Assembly (NCBI GenBank): GCA_046075565.1
Contig: JBJTQJ010000108.1
Location: 64,001 to 128,000 of the forward strand
Length of the DNA stretch: 64,000 bases
Source of the DNA: Verrucomicrobiales bacterium
GTDB lineage: Bacteria > Verrucomicrobiota > Verrucomicrobiia > Verrucomicrobiales > SLCJ01
Direction of reading: 5' to 3'
Of this stretch, positions 10,901 through 22,046 are shown piece by piece (within the stretch, counting starts at the first letter, position 1; every line of letters begins with the position of its first letter). Below the pieces are notes generated by a model. The model did no database searches, was not told the DNA's origin, and saw only the letters and a list, made by a program, of their open reading frames with translations. The translations under genes and the position numbers were made by a program.

Positions 10901-11604
10901 CCAAGTTCCGCCTCACGAACAATACCCCCTTGTCCAAGCCGGCTATCGCCGCGCCATTTGCCGGGGATCCCCGCTGGCAGATCCTGCAGGGTGGGCGTGA
11001 ACTCACCGATGCGGAGTTAGACACGCTGGCGGAAAGGATTGTCGCCGAGGTGAAACGCCGGGGGCCATTCCTTTCGATGGCCGAGTTCGTCAACCGCCGC
11101 CTCGGCAGCACCGCCAACACCACCGCCAGCTCACCCACGACACCGGGAGCAGAGGATCAGCTCTACCTCAGCGGGGCACTGCAAAACGCCATCGACGACA
11201 GCGGGATCAATCGCCTTGCTGCAATCAGCCGCTTCGACCGCCAGCTTGTCGCCAACGACATCAGCAATGCCAGATACGCCGCCCCTGCGGCGGGGATTGG
11301 TTCAGCCGGTGCCGGTTCATGCTCGTTGATCGACCAACTCGCGGTGTTGACCAAAGTCGGCTCCTCCCTCGGTGCCCGCTCGGATACTTTCCGCATTCGA
11401 TTCTACGGCGATGTGAAGGACGCCAACAACCGTGTCGTATCGCGCTCCTACGGCGAAGCCGTGGTCCAACGCGTGCCCGATTACGTGGATGGCACCGATG
11501 CCGCCCACGTCGCGCCTGCGGCGCTCGTCTCGGCCGCGAACAAGAACTTTGGCCGCCGGTTCCATGTCGTTTCCATGCGCTGGCTCGCACCCGACGAAAT
11601 CTAA
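7910..11604 (+). pseudogene. Large PilX-like / Verru-Chthon cassette protein A-like protein, split into two frames near 8860-8890
   Basis: Prepilin-like RKRGFALIAVL leader; AQANA...ALGELQ...GPDTRVSA; GGLKRDL. The second frame carries DPPW, NVNSTSKEAW, RGPFLSMAEFVNR, RSDTFRIR and FGRRF...RWL...EI. One added base would fuse the frames. Confidence 0.7.
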
Positions 11605-11667
11605 TCCGGTAAAAATTCGTGAGGTAATCCTTGCCTCCCTCGCCGGAAACCGTCCATGGTAACCAGA

Positions 11668-12396
11668 ATGAATCGCCGTCACCTCAACCACATCCTCCTT
11701 GCTCTCGCCCTCGCTCCTTTTGTCGGCGCACAGGAAGATCCGCCATCGCGGGAAATTGCCCTGCGTATCGCTTGCTTCCGGTTTGTCGATGGCGTCAATA
11801 CCGCCAGCTTCCAAGCGGCGGAGGGCCAAGGGTTTTTGGCAATCCCGTTTTTCCAAGGGGGATTCACCTCTCCAAAAAAGATCAAGATCAAGGGGAACTC
11901 CATCGACTTTCTCCAACAAAAACCGGGCGACGACGGCGAAATCACCCTGAAGAAAATCGCGGGCGCGACCATTGCTGAAGACACCCGGGAAGCGAGCATC
12001 CTTCTCCTACCCGCGCCCGCCGGATCGGACCTCGTTTACAACGCCGTGGTCATGCCGGGCGAGAGAGACTTCCCCTTCGGCCATGTCCTCATGATGAATC
12101 TGACCGCCACGGACATGAAAATCGCCATCGGCCAGAAGGTCGTGGAATTGCCCGGCAAGCAGGTAAAGATCACCGATCCCAAACCATCCATCGATGAGTT
12201 CAACATGTATCCCGTGGCCATCGCCTATCAAATGGCGGATTCAACGGAATGGGTGACCATGCATACCACGCGCTGGCAATGGAACGAGCGGGTCCGGCAG
12301 ATCGCCATCGCCTGGTTCGATGACCAAAACCAAAAGCCGGAAGTGAGCACGATGAGGGACATCCAGGAGGTTGTCGCTCCCGCGCCAAATCCTTGA
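11668..12396 (+). CDS. Secreted hypothetical protein accompanying the PilX-like gene
   Basis: Signal peptide MNRRHLNHILLALALAPFVGA; co-oriented directly downstream of the PilX-like gene. Confidence 0.75.
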   Translation: MNRRHLNHILLALALAPFVGAQEDPPSREIALRIACFRFVDGVNTASFQAAEGQGFLAIPFFQGGFTSPKKIKIKGNSIDFLQQKPGDDGEITLKKIAGATIAEDTREASILLLPAPAGSDLVYNAVVMPGERDFPFGHVLMMNLTATDMKIAIGQKVVELPGKQVKITDPKPSIDEFNMYPVAIAYQMADSTEWVTMHTTRWQWNERVRQIAIAWFDDQNQKPEVSTMRDIQEVVAPAPNP

Positions 12397-12425
12397 AGAG
12401 GAAACGGCCCGGTGTAGCTTCCCCC

Positions 12426-14180
12426 ATGACGCGCGAAGCCATCGCAGATATCCTGGAAAAAATCGGCCTGCTCCTCGAAATGCAGGGCGAAAATCCTTTC
12501 AAGATCCGGGCTTATAAACACGGGGCGGAAATCGTGCGATCCCATCCGGAGGATATCCTGGCTCTCGCCCGCGAGGGGAAACTCGAAGGAATCCCCGGAC
12601 TTGGTTCCGCCTTGATCGAAAAGATCGGAACTCTCGTCGCTACCGGGACCCTTCCCTTCTGGGAAAAACTCAAGGCACCCTATCCGGAGACCATCTTCGA
12701 TCTTTTCGAATTGCCCGGCCTCGGACCGAAAAAAATCCGCGTGCTCAACGAGCAACTCAACATCGCGGGACTGGGAGCGCTCAAGGCCGCTTGCGAAGCG
12801 GGCAAAGTCGCCGGTCTCCCCGGATTCGGAGCCAAGACGGAAGAAAAACTGTTGGCCGCGCTCCGTTATGTCGAATCCACCAGCGGGCAAGCCCACCGAG
12901 ATACCGCCACCATCGCGGCGGAGGAGATCCTCGCCTTCCTCAACTCCCTTCCCGATGTTCTGCTCGCCACCACCGCCGGTTCCTTCCGGCGGGGCAAGGA
13001 AACCGTCGGGGATCTGGATTTCCTAACCGCAACCTCGTCACCTTCGGAAGTGACCGCCGCCTTCGCAGCCGCGCCATTCGCCAAGGAAGTGCTGGCCGCC
13101 GGCGAAACCAAGGTTTCCATCCGGCTGGAAAGCGGCTTGCAGGCCGACCTGCGCGCCGTCTCAATGGGCGCCTACCCGTTCGCCCTCCAGTATTTTACCG
13201 GGAGCAAGGAACACAACGTGGCCATCCGCGCCCGCGCCCGCAAACGCGGCTGGTCGCTCAATGAATACGGCCTCACTCCGCTGGAAGAAAATGCCGCACC
13301 TGCGCCCTCGCTGCCTGATGAGGATTCGATCTATCGTTTCCTCGATCTCGATCCTATCCCGCCCGAACTACGGGAAAACTTCGGCGAGATCGAAGCGGCG
13401 GAATACGGCACCTTGCCAAGGCTCATCACCATCGGGGATCTGCGCGGCACGTTCCATAACCACACCACGGCATCGGATGGCACCGCCTCCCTCGAGGAAA
13501 TGGCGGAAGCCGCCATCGAACTCGGCCTCGCCTATCTCGGCATTGGTGACCACTCGAAAGCCGCCGTGCAAGCCAACGGACTCGACGAATCCCGTCTGCG
13601 CGCACAAATGGACGCCATCCGCGAACTGAACAAGCGCTATGAATCGGAAGGCGTTCCTTTACGGCTCTTCGCCGGTTCGGAAGTCGATATCATGAAGGAT
13701 GGGCGGATGGACTTTTCCGACGACCTGCTCGCGGAACTCGATTATGTGGTGGCATCCGTGCACAATGCCTTCACGATTCCCATCGAGGAACAAACCGCCC
13801 GCATCATCGCGGCCATGGAGAATCCTCATGTGGATATGATCGGGCATCTCTCCGGCCGCTTGTTGTTGCGGCGCGAGCCCTACGCCATCGACACCGGCGC
13901 GCTCATCGCGGCGGCAGCGCGCACCGGCACCATCATCGAGCTGAACGCGAATGCATGGCGTCTCGACATGGACTGGCGGCATTGGAAATCGGCCCGCGAT
14001 GCCGGGGTTCTTTGCGCCATCAATCCCGACGCGCATTCCGCCCAAGGACTACAGCATCTTCGCTTCGGAGTCGAGTCCGCCCGGAAAGGCTGGCTGCGCG
14101 CCAGCGATGTGTTGAACACCCGACCGACGGATGTGGTGGCGCAATGGCTAGCTACTCCGAAGGCGAAAAGAAAGCCCTGA
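12426..14180 (+). CDS. polX: DNA polymerase X / PHP 3'-5' exonuclease
   Basis: ENPFKIRAY, HhH motifs (PGLGPKK, GFGAKTE), [30 protein letters not shown] motifs HNHT, DHS, DAH. Confidence 0.95.
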   Translation: MTREAIADILEKIGLLLEMQGENPFKIRAYKHGAEIVRSHPEDILALAREGKLEGIPGLGSALIEKIGTLVATGTLPFWEKLKAPYPETIFDLFELPGLGPKKIRVLNEQLNIAGLGALKAACEAGKVAGLPGFGAKTEEKLLAALRYVESTSGQAHRDTATIAAEEILAFLNSLPDVLLATTAGSFRRGKETVGDLDFLTATSSPSEVTAAFAAAPFAKEVLAAGETKVSIRLESGLQADLRAVSMGAYPFALQYFTGSKEHNVAIRARARKRGWSLNEYGLTPLEENAAPAPSLPDEDSIYRFLDLDPIPPELRENFGEIEAAEYGTLPRLITIGDLRGTFHNHTTASDGTASLEEMAEAAIELGLAYLGIGDHSKAAVQANGLDESRLRAQMDAIRELNKRYESEGVPLRLFAGSEVDIMKDGRMDFSDDLLAELDYVVASVHNAFTIPIEEQTARIIAAMENPHVDMIGHLSGRLLLRREPYAIDTGALIAAAARTGTIIELNANAWRLDMDWRHWKSARDAGVLCAINPDAHSAQGLQHLRFGVESARKGWLRASDVLNTRPTDVVAQWLATPKAKRKP

Positions 14181-14252
14181 AGAGCCGCCCGATTCTCTTT
14201 CCTGGTGCGGCAATCGTGGTTTGTTTGCATCTCTTTCTCCCATTCCCTTCAG

Positions 14253-14353
14253 GGCAAGAGCGAGACGCTCTTGCTACGATTGGCATCGAAACCCAAGGGG
14301 ATTTCGCCTGCGAGTATCCACTGGAATCGCAGCAAGACCGTCCCGGTCTTGCC
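14253..14353. repeat. Pair of GTAG-type REP hairpins in opposite orientations
   Basis: GGCAAGAGCGAGACGCTCTTGCTAC at 14253-14277 and GCAGCAAGACCGTCCCGGTCTTGCC at 14329-14353; both recur at 34303-34374. Confidence 0.85.
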
Positions 14354-14374
14354 TTGGGGACCCGATATTGCGTG

Positions 14375-16180
14375 TCACCGCTTTGTTTGACAATTCTCGA
14401 GTAAAACGGGAGGAACCTTCTGGTTGGGATCCGCCTCCGAAGACCCGGAAGGTTGTGCGGGAAAAATGTTTCCATCGATCACTAAACCGGAGGTTGAGGT
14501 CACATGGATGAGTGGCCAGACACAATCCACAAAGCGATTGTTGAGAACCGAAATATCCTTGAGCGCCCCGGCGGGCAGAATCCTGCGATTGCCTCCCCGG
14601 GCATGGATCTGGACGGGCGTCTGCAACGCTCCTTTGATCAAATTGTCTTTGACCACCACATTGGAAGACATGCCGCCTTCCATCCACCAGAATTCCGGAG
14701 AGATCAATACCGAGGCCATTCGGGTGTTGGTGAGACGGTTGCCGCTGACCTCGCCACGGCTGGCCTTGATGAGGATACCGCGTGAACGGTTGTCACCGAA
14801 GTCACATCCCTTGACGGCAAATCCATGGCCGAGGCCAAGCAGACAACAAATCGCCGAACCCGGCGCGAGCGCGACCTCCCGGTCCAAGGTGAGGGTGTGG
14901 AACGTCGCTCTTCCCTCGAGCAGGTCGGAGCGCATGTCCTTGTCCATCTGAAGACGTCGGATAAACGCCACCTCCTGTGGGGAAAAGGGCTCGGGATCCA
15001 ACCGCATATCCACAACTTTGGCATCCGGCGGCCGCGGACCGGCAAACGGAAGGAATTGCAAGGGGTCACCGGGACGGATGCTTGCGAACTTGTCGATCAT
15101 CGCGATGCGGACCTCGCGACCGGAAGCGCCACGCACGAAATGGAAACGCCCGTTGATATTCACCGCATCATCACCCATGAATCGGGCGGTGCAGGAAAGA
15201 ATGGCCGGCCCATTGACCGCATCCTTGCTGTGGAAGGCATCGGCATTGAGAGAACGCATCCGGGGCAACTCCCGTTTGACCGGGTCATCTTCGGGACGCC
15301 GGCGATCCACGATGCAACGCAGATAGGTCGTGCCATCACAACCGCGCTCGAGAAACCCGAAGGAAGGCGCGGCATGGAGAGTGATGTCTTCCAAACGCAC
15401 ACCGCGGCAGCCGCGCAACTCGAAAGCATGCGGTGCCCCGGCTCCGCCGGAGAAGTTTTTGGCCACGAGGATATCTCCGATTTGTTCGCTGTCTTCGGCC
15501 GCATCGAATGTGTATCCAGCGCTCTTGCTCATCCGGTATCGCCGGTTCCCGCGCGGCGTGACTTCTTCATTCCAGTTCGCGTCTCCCCGCCGGAGCACAC
15601 CGGCATCGGGAACGTAAATCTGCAATGGTTCCCGCAGATCATCTTCCGGGTATCCTCCGGCAATCTCAACGTCAAGCCAGCTCTTGTCCGGCGCCATGGC
15701 GACAATCTTCCCCTGACTGAAGGGCAATGGATCATAATCCACCTTGAGCCCGCGGAGAGTTACATTCACGCAATCCACGAAGGAAACCGCCCGTGTGGTG
15801 GAGGTGCAAACCAGTTCCACATTCTCCGCGATGATTTCCACGTCCTTCAGATCCGAAAAGGCCAGATGACCAGTTCTCTCCGCCTTCACCCGATAGCGAC
15901 CGGGTGGGATGACCACACGTTTGTTACCCCTCTGTAACTCCGCGTAGAGAAAAGCACGCAGATCTTCGGGTTGAGCGGGTGTAGTCGGTTCCTGCACCGA
16001 CACAGGAGGAACAGGAGCGCCGCCCTCACCGGAATCGCGGCAACCGAGCAAACTCAAACCGCACACCACGGCAAAGAGGGCGATGTGGGAGCTGGCTCGT
16101 GGACTGCGATGGGCCGGGAGTTTCAAGAGTTCGAAGAAGAATAGGGATTGGTGATGGTTCCTCAAAATGAGGCGTGGCAT
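14375..16180 (-). CDS. Right-handed beta-helix protein, GH110 (alpha-1,3-galactosidase)-like; probable lipoprotein
   Basis: DYDPLPFSQG, NADAFH...GDDAVNING, NRSRGILIK; lipobox-like LLGC. Start uncertain. Confidence 0.75.
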   Translation of the reverse strand: MPRLILRNHHQSLFFFELLKLPAHRSPRASSHIALFAVVCGLSLLGCRDSGEGGAPVPPVSVQEPTTPAQPEDLRAFLYAELQRGNKRVVIPPGRYRVKAERTGHLAFSDLKDVEIIAENVELVCTSTTRAVSFVDCVNVTLRGLKVDYDPLPFSQGKIVAMAPDKSWLDVEIAGGYPEDDLREPLQIYVPDAGVLRRGDANWNEEVTPRGNRRYRMSKSAGYTFDAAEDSEQIGDILVAKNFSGGAGAPHAFELRGCRGVRLEDITLHAAPSFGFLERGCDGTTYLRCIVDRRRPEDDPVKRELPRMRSLNADAFHSKDAVNGPAILSCTARFMGDDAVNINGRFHFVRGASGREVRIAMIDKFASIRPGDPLQFLPFAGPRPPDAKVVDMRLDPEPFSPQEVAFIRRLQMDKDMRSDLLEGRATFHTLTLDREVALAPGSAICCLLGLGHGFAVKGCDFGDNRSRGILIKASRGEVSGNRLTNTRMASVLISPEFWWMEGGMSSNVVVKDNLIKGALQTPVQIHARGGNRRILPAGALKDISVLNNRFVDCVWPLIHVTSTSGLVIDGNIFPAQPSGSSEADPNQKVPPVLLENCQTKR

Positions 16181-16233
16181 CGGGAGAAAAGCAAACGGCG
16201 TCCAACAAGGTCTTCTTCCATGAGTCCGCGCTT

Positions 16234-17808
16234 TCACTTCGGTTTGCCTGTGTCGTCGAGCGGGCCCGGTTCGTAATCGTTGGGATTGACCCAGCCTGTC
16301 TTGACTTTCTCGCCGCGTTGGTGCCTCTCATACAAGCCGGTTTCCGCGCCCGCGTATGGGTAATTGTCGAAGATGTCGCCTTGGCCGGAGACACGAGGAT
16401 CTTCCTGTTCGCGGAGCTTAGCCAACAGGGTGGTTTCGAGGGCGGCCCGGCGTTCACCATGCCCGGGGGAGGCGGCGAGGTTCGTCAGGCAGTCGGGATC
16501 CTTGCGAATGTCGAACAACTCTTCGGAGGGGCGTTTTCCAAAACAGAGCAGCCAATGGAGATTGCCCGGTTGGGCTCGGTTGGCATTCAGGATCTCCGTC
16601 TTGGTCGCGCCTCCGTCGGTGTTGAGGTAGCCGGTTTCAGGATTGCCCGCCGGCCAGCGGTCGGGGGCGAAATTCCGCGAGTAGAGCCAACCATCCTTCA
16701 GAATACTGCGGATGGGGTAGCCCTGGTCTTTCGGGCGGCCGACGTCGTGGCGTTCCTGGCCGAGGATGAGATGATCGCGGCCGGATTGTATGCCGTCGGT
16801 TTTTCCAGACCTGAAGATATCGGAGAGGCTCTTGCCGGGAGTGGAAGCCATGCCGGATTTCTCCCACGGGATGCCGGCTGCCTCGAGAATCGTGGGGGCG
16901 ATGTCGATGAAACTGATGTAATCCTTGACCACGCGGCCCGAATCCTTGATGCCCTTTTTCCACATCACCGCGAACGGAAGATGGTTGGCTGCCTCGTAGA
17001 GATTCCCCTTCTCGCGCGGAAAGGGTCGCCCGTTGTCGGAAGTGACGATGAGGAGGGTATTCTCGAGTTGTCCGCGTTTCTCAAGTTCAGCGACGATTCT
17101 CCCGAGATGGCGATCCAGGTGTTCCACTTCGAGGGCGTAGTCCAGCATGTCGTTGCGCACGGTATCGTTGTCCGGCCAGTATACCGGAACACGATCGATG
17201 TCGGTCAGTTGCTTGCCGCCTTTGGCCACACCACTGCCGTATTCGTAATCGCGGTGAGGTTCGTGGATACCCATCCAGAAGCACCATGGTCCATCCTTGG
17301 GTGCGGCATCGAGAAAGTCGACGAAGTTCGCGGTGTAGTCGTTCTGATCAATGCCGGTGGTCGGGGCCGGGGCCTTGCGCTTTTGGAAGGGCTGACCGGT
17401 GAGAAGCCGGGGCTTGCCCGCGGCATCACGGGCAATGCCGGGCGCCCAGCCCTTGCCCGTGATGCCGGTGAAGTAGCCGTGCTCGGCCAGCACTTCCGGG
17501 TAAACTTTGAATTCGAGGGGAAAGAAGCCGGCGTGATTGCCCGCTTCTTTCAATTGCCATGGGTTGCGTCCGGTTAGGATGGCAGCCCGGGATGGCGCAC
17601 ATTTCGCATTCGGAGTGTAGGCATTGTCAAAGCGCAAGCCTTGTCCGGCGATTTTGTCAAATGAGGGAGTCGTAATCCACTTGCTGCCGTAAGCCCCGGC
17701 ATCGCCGAAGCCCCAATCATCGGTGATGATGAAGAGGACGTTCGGTCGATCGGCAGCATTGGCAGCACAGGCGGCCGCGATGGCGATCCAAGTGAGAAGG
17801 AATTTCAT
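16234..17808 (-). CDS. Secreted Cys-type sulfatase (S1; sulfamidase/SGSH-like features)
   Basis: Signal peptide, [32 protein letters not shown]. Confidence 0.92.
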   Translation of the reverse strand: MKFLLTWIAIAAACAANAADRPNVLFIITDDWGFGDAGAYGSKWITTPSFDKIAGQGLRFDNAYTPNAKCAPSRAAILTGRNPWQLKEAGNHAGFFPLEFKVYPEVLAEHGYFTGITGKGWAPGIARDAAGKPRLLTGQPFQKRKAPAPTTGIDQNDYTANFVDFLDAAPKDGPWCFWMGIHEPHRDYEYGSGVAKGGKQLTDIDRVPVYWPDNDTVRNDMLDYALEVEHLDRHLGRIVAELEKRGQLENTLLIVTSDNGRPFPREKGNLYEAANHLPFAVMWKKGIKDSGRVVKDYISFIDIAPTILEAAGIPWEKSGMASTPGKSLSDIFRSGKTDGIQSGRDHLILGQERHDVGRPKDQGYPIRSILKDGWLYSRNFAPDRWPAGNPETGYLNTDGGATKTEILNANRAQPGNLHWLLCFGKRPSEELFDIRKDPDCLTNLAASPGHGERRAALETTLLAKLREQEDPRVSGQGDIFDNYPYAGAETGLYERHQRGEKVKTGWVNPNDYEPGPLDDTGKPK

Positions 17809-17932
17809 GCGTTTGGGAGTGGGCTGCCGGATGATATGCTTCGCTTGTCTACCACTGAGCAGAGTGTTTATACGCTTCAACATAAAGAATCAACGATCGG
17901 ACGCCATTCATCAACCGGCTTTGGCTAAGCAT

Positions 17933-19345
17933 TCACTTCTGGTTTTTCTTGTGGGCCCTCTCTTCAAACGCGGCTTCTTGCTCCGGTGACTTGAAGACCC
18001 GCCACAGCGGTTTGGTTAAAGTGGCCGACCACTCGTCGTGCGCCTTTTGCAGGCGGCCGCGGATTTCGGGAAGCTTTTCCGCGAGGTCAGTGGTTTCGCC
18101 GACATCCCGGGAAAGGTCGAAGAGACGGAACTTGTCCCCTTCTTTGACAAACTTGTGGTCCCCACCGCGGACGGCCCAGATGTCGCGCTCCGCGATCCTC
18201 CAGAAGAGCAGGTCATGAGGGTCCCCGCTCTTCTCGCCGGTCAGAAAAGGCAAGAGATTGACCCCGTCAAGCGCCTGGCTGGCGACGCTGGTTCCACCGG
18301 CAGCGGCGAGGCTCGTAGGCAAGATATCCATGCTGGTGACCGGGCGCTCGTAGGTCTTCCCGGCGGGAAGCACGGTCTTCCACTGGGCGAGGAATGGCAC
18401 GCGGATGCCCCCTTCCCACATTTGCCCCTTGCGGCCCCTCAAGGGAAGGTTGGAGCTGGTTCCGTTTTCGGTAGTGCCGCCGTTGTCGCTCAGGAAGAAG
18501 ACGATGGTATTTTCTTCGAGCCCGTCGTCGCGGAGTTGCCGGAGGATCCGCCCGACGGCATCATCCATGCCCACGATCATGGCGGCATAGGTCCGACGGC
18601 CATCATTCCCGATATGTTTGACTCGTTCCAGCAGTTCGGGTGTGGCCTGCAACGGGGTGTGCGGGGCGTTGAAAGCGGTGTAAAGGAACCACGGCTTTTC
18701 CTTGTGCCGGTGAATGAAGGCGGCGGACTCTTCGCCCAACAAGGTGGTGAGATATCCGGGTGCTGCGGGCTGGGATACTCCATTCTTTTCAAGAACGGTG
18801 TTGTAATGGTTGAGCGGCGGCGTGCTCCGGTAATGTTCGGTAAAGTAGTTGTGGCCACCGCCGATGAAACCGACAAATTCGTCAAAACCACGGCGATTCG
18901 GGTGGAATGGCGGGGCTTCACCGAGGTGCCACTTGCCAACAATGCCGGTGCGATAGCCGGCGGCTTTGAGGTGATCCGCGATGGTTTTTTCGGTGAGGGG
19001 GAGGCCGCGGTGGTCGTTCGGATCCACCGGCCATTCGGGTTCCCAGTTGATATCATGACCAAAACGTGATTGGGAACGTCCGGTGAGCAAACCGGCGCGG
19101 CTCGGCGAGCACATGGCCGAGGAAACATAACCGGAACTGCAGCGAACCCCGTTACGGGCGATGCTGTCGATATGCGGGGTCGGGATGTCCCTGGCACCCT
19201 GAACCCCGAGATCCGCATAGCCGAGATCGTCGGCGAAAAGGATGAGGATGTTGGGCTTCGGAGGCCCGGGATTGGCTTGGACGGGAGGGATGGCGAAAGC
19301 AAGACAAACCGTGAGAATAGCTGAGAGAGTCTTCATACGCGTCAT
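17933..19345 (-). CDS. Secreted Cys-type arylsulfatase-family sulfatase (S1)
   Basis: KPNILILFADDLGY, CSPSRAGLLTGR, GKWHLG, NAPHTP, SDNGG, EGGIRVP. Confidence 0.93.
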   Translation of the reverse strand: MTRMKTLSAILTVCLAFAIPPVQANPGPPKPNILILFADDLGYADLGVQGARDIPTPHIDSIARNGVRCSSGYVSSAMCSPSRAGLLTGRSQSRFGHDINWEPEWPVDPNDHRGLPLTEKTIADHLKAAGYRTGIVGKWHLGEAPPFHPNRRGFDEFVGFIGGGHNYFTEHYRSTPPLNHYNTVLEKNGVSQPAAPGYLTTLLGEESAAFIHRHKEKPWFLYTAFNAPHTPLQATPELLERVKHIGNDGRRTYAAMIVGMDDAVGRILRQLRDDGLEENTIVFFLSDNGGTTENGTSSNLPLRGRKGQMWEGGIRVPFLAQWKTVLPAGKTYERPVTSMDILPTSLAAAGGTSVASQALDGVNLLPFLTGEKSGDPHDLLFWRIAERDIWAVRGGDHKFVKEGDKFRLFDLSRDVGETTDLAEKLPEIRGRLQKAHDEWSATLTKPLWRVFKSPEQEAAFEERAHKKNQK

Positions 19346-19539
19346 GGCTGCTGGTGGAGTTTATCAATCAAAAGAGCGGCGGACGCCAATCCCGGGATAT
19401 CCTTGGGGTGATCATGTGTGATACGAAGCTCAATCCGTTGACCTTCCATGGACATGGGCAAACCGGAATTCGCCTCGCTTTTTTCCGCATGGAGCCGCTT
19501 CTCGAGAACCTGAAGCAAAGGCCTGCGGGCAAGGGCCAT

Positions 19540-21375
19540 TCACTTCGCGGATGTCGCTGATGTCGTGCTGGCGGAAACCGTGGATGGCTTCTCGATTTTT
19601 ACGTTATCCGAGTCGGTGATGTTGAACATTTGCCACTCACCGGCTTCCGGCGCGGGGTAGGCTTTCGTTCTCTCCAGCCTGTTCCCGGTGAAACTGAGCC
19701 CGTCGACCGAATAAATGGAAAGCAGGGGCAGATTGCTGAAATGGCGGAAGAGGTTGTTCTCGATCCGGATATTGCGGTTGTAGCGGGAGATACTTTTGAA
19801 TTCATCCGCGATGCCGGAACCGACCTGAATGCATCCGGTTCCCCAGACACCGAAATTGCAGTTGTCGAAGGTGTTGCCGCGGATGACCACGTCGCGCACG
19901 CCCGCTTGTTCGAACCAGAAACGGGAGTCGCCTTCGAAAAGGATGGCCGCGCCGGGAATATGGAAGGTGTTGCCTTCGATGACCATCGGTCCACGCGAAC
20001 CCAGGAGGATGCCGCGGGCGCGATTGCCCCTCATCACGCAATTCCGGATCAAGGCCTCGGCGGTGTTGGCATCGGCGTCGGCCACGGAATCCCCTACGAT
20101 AACGGTTTCCGGCAAGGCGCCTTCGATTTCGACCATGGTGCGGTGTTTGTTGAGCCGCTCGACGGACTTGACCGTGGCGAAGCCTTCCTCGCGCAGGCTC
20201 GGGCCATCATTCAGTTCCAGACGTGTGCCCGGTTTGATGAAATCAATGCCCGCCTGCTGCGGGTGCACGAGAGCGACCTCGAAACGGTTGGGGGCATGGA
20301 TATGGATGATCTTCGCATACAACCCGTGGATGTTGGTCGCATCATCTTTTTGCTGCTCGAAAAGACAGTCAACTAGTTCGATCTTGCCTTTGCAGTTCAC
20401 AAAATGCGTGGCATCGGCCGTCGTGCTGATGATGCGCTTCCCACCGGGAGGCGGGGTGACTTTCATCCGGTGGACAAGGATGTCGGCGCTGCGCTGTGCG
20501 ATCACCCCCATGCCACCACAATGGCGGAGCGTGATGTCCGTCAATTTGATGCCGGAACTATCGGCGAGAACGAAACCCGGAACTTCACGGCCCCTCGGAC
20601 TGAAAACGAGTATGTCACCAACGGAAGCGGAGATGTTCGGAATCTTCAGGCGGACGCGATTCGGACCGAGTGGATCGGCGGCAATCCCCTCCCCCACTTT
20701 GTAGCGGTCCTTGGCCATAAACGCGGTTTCTTTTTTCACCGGATCAAAGGCGAGCAGGCTGCCGTAAGGATAGAGGACTTCCCCGCTGGTCACGGTGGTC
20801 GCCGGCCCGGTATCCTTTTTGCCATTGGTGAACACCAATACGCCATTCCGGATCTCGTAGGGGAATTCGGCGGAGAACTCCAAATCGACCTGCTGCGGGG
20901 TGATGGCGAGCACTTTGCCTTCCGAATGGAACGGGCGGCTGAAATCAACCGTGAAATTCCGCAGCGTCACGTTCCGCGCCGAGTCCAACAGGAACGGCAT
21001 CGTGTAACCATGGAAGACGAAAGTCGCACCGCCGCCATCGATCTCGACTCCTTCGATCCCCTTGAGGGGAAAGGCGATGCGCTTCAAGCCTTCATCGTTG
21101 TTGCTAACAAAGACGTATTCCTCATGGGCGCGCTCGGGATGAAACTCATATCGTCCGGGCGGGAAAACCAGCTTCTTGGCTTTGCCTTTGGCCACTTCCT
21201 GAAGCGCAGCGAGCACGCTGGGAGTGGTGTCGCTGCCATCGGGTTTGGCTCCGAAGGCCGCCATGTCGAGCGCGCCGGCTTCGCGGGCCCTGGCGGTGCC
21301 TATGGTGAGGATGGACGCCAGGGTGATCATGGCAAGCTGTTTGGTTCTATAGGGTTGATGGGTAGCGATGGGCAT
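19540..21375 (-). CDS. GH110 family alpha-1,3-galactosidase
   Basis: FVSNND, ADATHF..CKGKI...DDATNIHG, NRARGIL, WFEQAGVRDV.IRGN; signal peptide. Confidence 0.88.
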   Translation of the reverse strand: MPIATHQPYRTKQLAMITLASILTIGTARAREAGALDMAAFGAKPDGSDTTPSVLAALQEVAKGKAKKLVFPPGRYEFHPERAHEEYVFVSNNDEGLKRIAFPLKGIEGVEIDGGGATFVFHGYTMPFLLDSARNVTLRNFTVDFSRPFHSEGKVLAITPQQVDLEFSAEFPYEIRNGVLVFTNGKKDTGPATTVTSGEVLYPYGSLLAFDPVKKETAFMAKDRYKVGEGIAADPLGPNRVRLKIPNISASVGDILVFSPRGREVPGFVLADSSGIKLTDITLRHCGGMGVIAQRSADILVHRMKVTPPPGGKRIISTTADATHFVNCKGKIELVDCLFEQQKDDATNIHGLYAKIIHIHAPNRFEVALVHPQQAGIDFIKPGTRLELNDGPSLREEGFATVKSVERLNKHRTMVEIEGALPETVIVGDSVADADANTAEALIRNCVMRGNRARGILLGSRGPMVIEGNTFHIPGAAILFEGDSRFWFEQAGVRDVVIRGNTFDNCNFGVWGTGCIQVGSGIADEFKSISRYNRNIRIENNLFRHFSNLPLLSIYSVDGLSFTGNRLERTKAYPAPEAGEWQMFNITDSDNVKIEKPSTVSASTTSATSAK

Positions 21376-21840
21376 AAGGAAAGGTTGCGATTGGAAATTG
21401 CTGAATGTTGGGTGGACGAATGTAGCGGTTCTCGGCTATGATACCGTCGGGGGCGGGAGCCAGATCGTAACTGATGCGTGAACCCAGTTGGGCGGGTCCG
21501 TGCGTCACCACGGAAACCCAAGGATCCAAAAGAGTCAGGGAGGTTTCGATGATGTAGGTAAGGTCGTTTCCGTTAGGCTCGCCACGTTTGTTGAAGATGA
21601 TAGTTGTATCGCTGAACACGCCGCGTTGCCGGTGCGATAGCTCCGGACCGAGTAAAGCCCATTGACGTTGAATCTCGCGTCCACGGTATGGGAATTGGGC
21701 ACATCCCCACCGTTCCAGTTGGCGGTATTCGACCACTGGTTGTTACCGCCAGCTTTCCAGTCGGTCTGCGCATCGGCATTTTGCGCGAGCAAGAGTGCGG
21801 ACGCCGCGGTAAGGATGAACTGGGTCTTTCGGACTTTCAT
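21347..21840 (-). pseudogene. Remnant of a large secreted protein: signal peptide and beta-strand-repeat N-terminus joined out of frame to a C-terminal domain
   Basis: MKVRKTQFILTAASALLLAQNADA-QTDWKAGGNNQWSNTANWNGGDVP in one frame; TIIFNKR...LTYIIETSLTLLDPW in another; junction near 21620. Confidence 0.6.
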
Positions 21841-21933
21841 GCTTATGTGATCTAGTCGGATTAACTTGGCCTTGCCTTTGCCTGCGAGGGGCTCGGAGGA
21901 TGTTCGTGATATTGCCATTTTGGAGGACAAAAA

Positions 21934-21973
21934 TCATTGAACTTTCGCGGATTTCTCCTGAACTTTTGCGTCA
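21934..21973 (-). promoter_or_regulatory. Putative AraC/XylR operator (copy 1) upstream of the glycan operon
   Basis: TCATTGAACTTTCGCGGATTTCTCCTGAACTTTTGCGTCA; TGAAC repeats 21 bp apart; 36/40 identical to 25472-25511. Confidence 0.75.
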
Positions 21974-22046
21974 TGTTTTGATTCCCACTTGCCACGAAAT
22001 CGCGAGTGCCCGTATATCCTGCCGGAAGGTGTCACGCCCTGCACGC

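Noticed and set aside
12426-14180. PolX as a catalytically dead or defence-associated variant
   Set aside because: The GDLD and ADLR aspartates and the PHP histidines are intact, and no NHEJ or defence genes are adjacent.
14253-14353. Palindromic repeats as a CRISPR array
   Set aside because: There are only two units per site, in inverted orientation, with no regular spacers and no cas genes.
19342-19539. 65-aa ORF filling the gap between GH110 and the sulfatase
   Set aside because: It abuts both neighbours and could be another gene remnant, but I recognise no motif to support a call.
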